Positions 58,014 to 64,000 of a stretch of DNA of 64,000 nt are shown in pieces. How positions within the stretch are numbered: the stretch's first letter is position 1; the number at the start of each line of letters is the position of its first letter. Made by a program: the position numbers and the translations under genes. Origin of the DNA: Methanobacteriaceae archaeon (GTDB taxonomy: Archaea; Methanobacteriota; Methanobacteria; Methanobacteriales; Methanobacteriaceae); NCBI GenBank assembly GCA_003558085.1, contig PWMT01000127.1:13863-77862 (forward strand), given 5' to 3'. A model generated the notes under the pieces. It saw only the letters and a program-made list of their open reading frames with translations, was not told where the DNA came from and did no database searches.

Positions 58014-58483
58014 ATAATTTAAATTTATTTTTTATTAATGGAGATCTGTTTTTAGATATTTAGCTTTAACTAAGTTAAAGTTTAATTTTACCTATAATAA
58101 AAAAAGTCATGCTTAGTAACATTGATTTAAAAAGCCACCATTTTTTCTCAGGATTTTCAAAGAGCAATATTATCACTTAAGATTAAAAAACAGTAATTTT
58201 GAATTATTAATCATACCTAAAAGTTAGGATTAAATATTAAACTTAGCCCTCTCTAACCAGCAATCTGGAGACATATTCAAACAGAATTTAAAATTATCAT
58301 CTATTAAAAATGGCCTTTAAAATGTTTTAATTGTAAAACAAGGAAGAATTGATTTGGTAATAGGTTTTTTAGTAAATTTTACTCAAGAGAATCATTTATT
58401 TATTTTTTTTTAGGAAGATTTCTTTTTAAATATCTATCCTAGAAAAAAATTTCTTAAAAAGTGGGGGTTTTTTTGAATAATTT

Positions 58484-58963
58484 TTACTCCAATATTTTGA
58501 ATACTCCTGTTACTATTAACCAGATACCGATTAAAAGACCAAGATATAAGGGTTCAATGGCAAAACTACCTAATATAATATATATTATACCTAATAGTAT
58601 CCCCACTATTCCTGGCCATATACCAGTTTTAGTTTCTTTGCTTCCAATAAGAGCTAGAAAACCAGCGATTATTAAAAAGATTCCAGCTAAATAGAGAATG
58701 AATGCTACCACAAAACTGAACAATTCTGGGTTGTAAACTATACCAATGGCGAATATAAGGGTAATTATTCCTAAAATCGTATATAATAGTCCTTTGATGA
58801 CACTTATATCTAATTCAGCAATACCTTGAGCCAAAAACCAAACAGCCAGTATGATTAGGGAAAAACTAAAAAGTACAGCAGCACCAACCACTCCAAAAAG
58901 GGGAAAGGTAATCACTATAAGTCCTAAAATAATTGCTATGATTCCTGCAACGATATTTTTCAT
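58484..58963 (-). CDS. HdeD/DUF308-family membrane protein
   Basis: Repeated GIIAIILG / GILLGIIY helices; SD GGAGG before ATG 58963. Confidence 0.85.
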   Translation of the reverse strand: MKNIVAGIIAIILGLIVITFPLFGVVGAAVLFSFSLIILAVWFLAQGIAELDISVIKGLLYTILGIITLIFAIGIVYNPELFSFVVAFILYLAGIFLIIAGFLALIGSKETKTGIWPGIVGILLGIIYIILGSFAIEPLYLGLLIGIWLIVTGVFKILE

Positions 58964-59088
58964 ATACGCACCTCCAAAAAAATCACAAACCCCCATATGA
59001 TATTATTAATATTATAATTTAAACTTATCTAATTAAAATTTAGGGATAATATATGGGAACTTTGTGACGGGGGTGATTATCAGGTTCT

Positions 59089-60150
59089 CTAATATTTAAT
59101 GCGGGTGGTGGAACGGTTAATATCAAAAAGTTTGGTTTCTGCTAGCCATTTTATTTTACATTCGCATTCAAAATCCGGTATAAGGTTTTGATTCAGGTTT
59201 GAATCAATTATCGCCTGTTTTAATTTAAAATTACATTTTTTACAGTTAAAAGGTCCCCTTCTAGTACCAAAACCAGAGGTATCCATTATAGTTGGTATTT
59301 TAACTATTTTTCGCACTTGATTAATAATTTCTATAATACTCCATATCCAGGGAGGCTGATATGATCCTCTGTGCCATAATTCTTCAATCAAAGTACCCTT
59401 ATGAATAGTGGCTGGAGTAAAAGAAATTCGATCCAAACCTATTTTTTCAGCATATAAGGCTGTATCAATTGCTTCTTTTATAGCCTGTTTTTCTGAAGTC
59501 AATATGGGTTTAACTAAAATATAAGTTTTGGCTTTAACTTCCAATTCTGATTTAAGGTCTTTAATGATGTTCACTGCCTCTTCAAAATCTTTTAGGCTAA
59601 AACCTTTATTAATTTTAATTTCACGGGTATGGTCATTTACTGATTCCAATCCTATACTGATCTCTAATATTTTCTGTGGAAGGAAAGAGCAGCATTCTCG
59701 TATAATTTCTGGGTTAACATATTCTGGCCGAGACTCTAACACTACCTCTACCACATTTTTCATTTCACCTAAAGTTTTTAATATTTCTCTTCGAGCCTCA
59801 GCAGGCATTTCCGCAGGATTTAAAAAGCTACCTGATATAAAGATTTTTACTGCACTTGGTTCTTCTAAAGAGTGCTTTTTAAGTTGATCATGGAATAGGT
59901 TGATTATATCTTCTGCTGGAACTTCCCTCAACACAGAATCAGCAATATAACTGCACATGGTGCATCCTCCGCTTTTAGATAATGCCCAAGAGCAACCTAT
60001 AGTAGGTAAAATAATGAATAAGGCTTTTCCTTTACCTTCATATAGTACATCGTCCTGATACCAACTAGCTGATAACTCTTCCAGTGATTTACTTTTAACT
60101 TTATTTAAAGAACGATTTCTAATCTTTTTAGTCAATTTTTGGATGTTCAT
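59089..60150 (-). CDS. archaeosine biosynthesis radical SAM protein RaSEA
   Basis: GCSWA...GGCTMCSY, SGSFL, ESRPEY, YQPPWIWS, RGPFNCKKC. Confidence 0.88.
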   Translation of the reverse strand: MNIQKLTKKIRNRSLNKVKSKSLEELSASWYQDDVLYEGKGKALFIILPTIGCSWALSKSGGCTMCSYIADSVLREVPAEDIINLFHDQLKKHSLEEPSAVKIFISGSFLNPAEMPAEARREILKTLGEMKNVVEVVLESRPEYVNPEIIRECCSFLPQKILEISIGLESVNDHTREIKINKGFSLKDFEEAVNIIKDLKSELEVKAKTYILVKPILTSEKQAIKEAIDTALYAEKIGLDRISFTPATIHKGTLIEELWHRGSYQPPWIWSIIEIINQVRKIVKIPTIMDTSGFGTRRGPFNCKKCNFKLKQAIIDSNLNQNLIPDFECECKIKWLAETKLFDINRSTTRIKY

Positions 60151-60352
60151 AAAAGATCTTGCTTTTTTAATTATTTAATTTGAATAAGATTTATTCTAAT
60201 AAAAAAATTTCACTATGAGAAATTGAACCAATAATTCAATTATTAATGTTTAAAACTTGTTATTTATATTTTTCAACTGATAAATTATGATAATCTTAAT
60301 TCTTATGTTCACTCAATGAATTTAAATAAATAAAATTTTTTTTAATCTCAGA

Positions 60353-60423
60353 TATTTTATTGAATTTGAAGGATCATTATCATATAGCCTTATTTAATTG
60401 AGTTTTGAAGTGATCATTATCAT
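60353..60423. repeat. imperfect direct repeat, ~40-bp period, core GATCATTATCAT
   Basis: tattttattgaatttgaaggatcattatcat versus tatttaattgagttttgaagtgatcattatcat; cores at 60372 and 60412. Confidence 0.6.
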
Positions 60424-60523
60424 TGGGGAGATTGAACAGCAATTTTTACTAAAATAAACTTTTTATATATCTTAGTGGATAGAAAGCAATAATAAGAAAT
60501 TCATAAATAGATCTCGGGGAATT

Positions 60524-61417
60524 ATAATTAAAGAAATTATAGTAAAATCAGTATTAAATAAACATAAGCATCGTGACAATCTTTTTTTAGAAGATTATAC
60601 CTTAAATCCTTACTTGGGTTGCTCTTTTGATTGTGTTTATTGTTATATTCATGGCAGTAAATACGGGGAGCACATACCTTCCGCTTTGGGTGTAAAGATC
60701 AATGCTCCAGAAATATTATATCGGCAATTAAAAAACCAGGCCCGCAAACGAGATTACGGTATAATAGCTTTAGGTTCGGCTACTGATCCCTATTTGCCTC
60801 AAGAGGAAGATTATAAGATTACTCAAGAGTTACTGAAAATAATTTACCGTTTTCATTTTCCCTTAAATATTTTGACCAAATCTACGCTTATTTTACGAGA
60901 TAGTGATCTTTTAAAAAAAATTGATGAATCTGCTATCATACCTTTAGACTTAAAATCTAGACTTAAACATGGGGTAATCATTGGTTTTTCTTTTTCAACG
61001 GTAAATGAAAAAGTGGCTAGTATTTTCGAATCTAATGCTCCTTCTCCCTGGAAACGTTTAGAGACTATGCAGAATTTAAAAGATGAGGGCTTTATGGTGG
61101 GTGCCGTTTTAATGCCTATTCTACCTTTTATTTCTGATTCTCCGGATCAACTGGATATAATGATTAAGGCAGTAAAGGAACATGGTGGTGAATTCGTATT
61201 AGTTGGTGGTCTAACCTTGTATGGAGAGGGGCCTTCAGATTGTAAAAGTAGATATTACCATATTTTAGAGAAGTATTTTCCAGAAATTATCACTCCAACC
61301 AAGACTCTCTTTAAATTCAGATCCTATCCTTCTATGAAATATCAGCAAAAAATTTACAAAATGGTATCCGATATTGCTAATAAATACAGAATTCGCAGTA
61401 GAATAAGTTTAGAATGA
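60524..61417 (+). CDS. radical SAM protein, SPL-like family; probable ATA start
   Basis: In-frame extension (I)IKEIIVKSVLNK...YTLNPYLGCSFDCVYCY; GSATDPY; LTKS; PILP; SD GGGGA just upstream. Confidence 0.85.
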   Translation: MIKEIIVKSVLNKHKHRDNLFLEDYTLNPYLGCSFDCVYCYIHGSKYGEHIPSALGVKINAPEILYRQLKNQARKRDYGIIALGSATDPYLPQEEDYKITQELLKIIYRFHFPLNILTKSTLILRDSDLLKKIDESAIIPLDLKSRLKHGVIIGFSFSTVNEKVASIFESNAPSPWKRLETMQNLKDEGFMVGAVLMPILPFISDSPDQLDIMIKAVKEHGGEFVLVGGLTLYGEGPSDCKSRYYHILEKYFPEIITPTKTLFKFRSYPSMKYQQKIYKMVSDIANKYRIRSRISLE

Positions 61418-61456
61418 AAAATATAATATCATTAAGAAAAAAAATAAAATAAAGAA

Positions 61457-62458
<1,002 letters not shown>

Positions 62459-62689
62459 TCACCACTTAAAAATTTAGTGGTTGAATAAAAATATTTTGTG
62501 ATTTAAGTCCAATCGAAACATTTAAGTACTTTTTTTAAATCTAGGAAGCCTATTATTTAGTTTAATGCAAAAATAACTAAAAAGGTTTAAAATCTGCTTA
62601 CAGCGCTTATTCCCCCTACAAAATTGAATTAATAAGACTTTATAGCTATTTTTTTATGCATCAGTAAAATAATATTAAACTCTATTTTA

Positions 62690-62703
62690 GAAAAATTTAT
62701 ATG
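62690..62703 (+). promoter_or_regulatory. candidate rRNA operon promoter
   Basis: GAAAAA-TTTATATG (BRE + TATA) about 360 nt upstream of the 16S. Confidence 0.5.
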
Positions 62704-63059
62704 GATCTTTATAGTAATATATAACTGCACATTTGCTGACTTGGAGATATTCATTTTTTTGCAATATTTTCTATTATATTTGTGAAAATAGTAGTGTGCA
62801 GTATAGTATGTGCCACGAAATTTTAGAGGCGTTCGGTTGGAGTGTGAATTTTTTCAATCTGTGAAGGCTGATTTTTTCCAAACGTGGCTAAATAAATATT
62901 TATATTATTAAATGAGGACTTAAACCCTTGCGAACAGCAAATGTTTAGGTTTGATGCTGGTTTGGTATATGTGGTGACATTCAGTTGCTACTGAAACTCC
63001 CTTTATTTGTTTAAGTTATTTTTTTTAACTTCCCAATTTAGATCTTTGTTAAAGGATTA

Positions 63060-64000
<941 letters not shown>

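Noticed and set aside
58014-58483. Decayed gene or ncRNA in the 470-nt spacer
   Set aside because: No recognisable reading frame, GC-rich stem or repeat
60372-60423. Fur box reading of GATCATTATCAT
   Set aside because: Only a half-site resemblance to the bacterial consensus; no full palindrome

Overview
AT-rich chromosomal segment of a hydrogenotrophic methanogen, order Methanobacteriales (Methanobacterium/Methanothermobacter-like), judged from mer, the cdh and por operons, an archaeal histone, methanogenesis marker 16 and the 16S rRNA 5' region. Most of it is conserved core: rplP0-rpl12-alaS, thiI, fbp, radB, ABCE1, EF-1beta, a pilus-type ATPase/platform pair, acetyl-CoA synthase genes, two tRNAs, the pst/phoU cluster, por, tRNA-modification genes, mer and a partial 16S. 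I saw no CRISPR array, transposase, integrase or prophage gene. Main departures from expectation: (1) the ACDS operon starts at cdhC with no CO dehydrogenase (cdhA/cdhB), next to an orphan CbiQ without CbiM; (2) an in-frame TGA at codon 40 of the FBP aldolase/phosphatase; (3) an 855-aa GT-C/AglB-like protein fused to a QW-repeat alpha/alpha toroid beside a geranylgeranyl reductase-family gene; (4) an accessory FmdE + metal-chelate ABC + methyltransferase cluster sharing a promoter palindrome with the cbiQ promoter; (5) three genes that appear to start at ATA/ATT; (6) the last ~65 nt of the 16S diverge abruptly, probably an assembly chimera. Family assignments come from motif recognition and recalled homologs; no searches were run.
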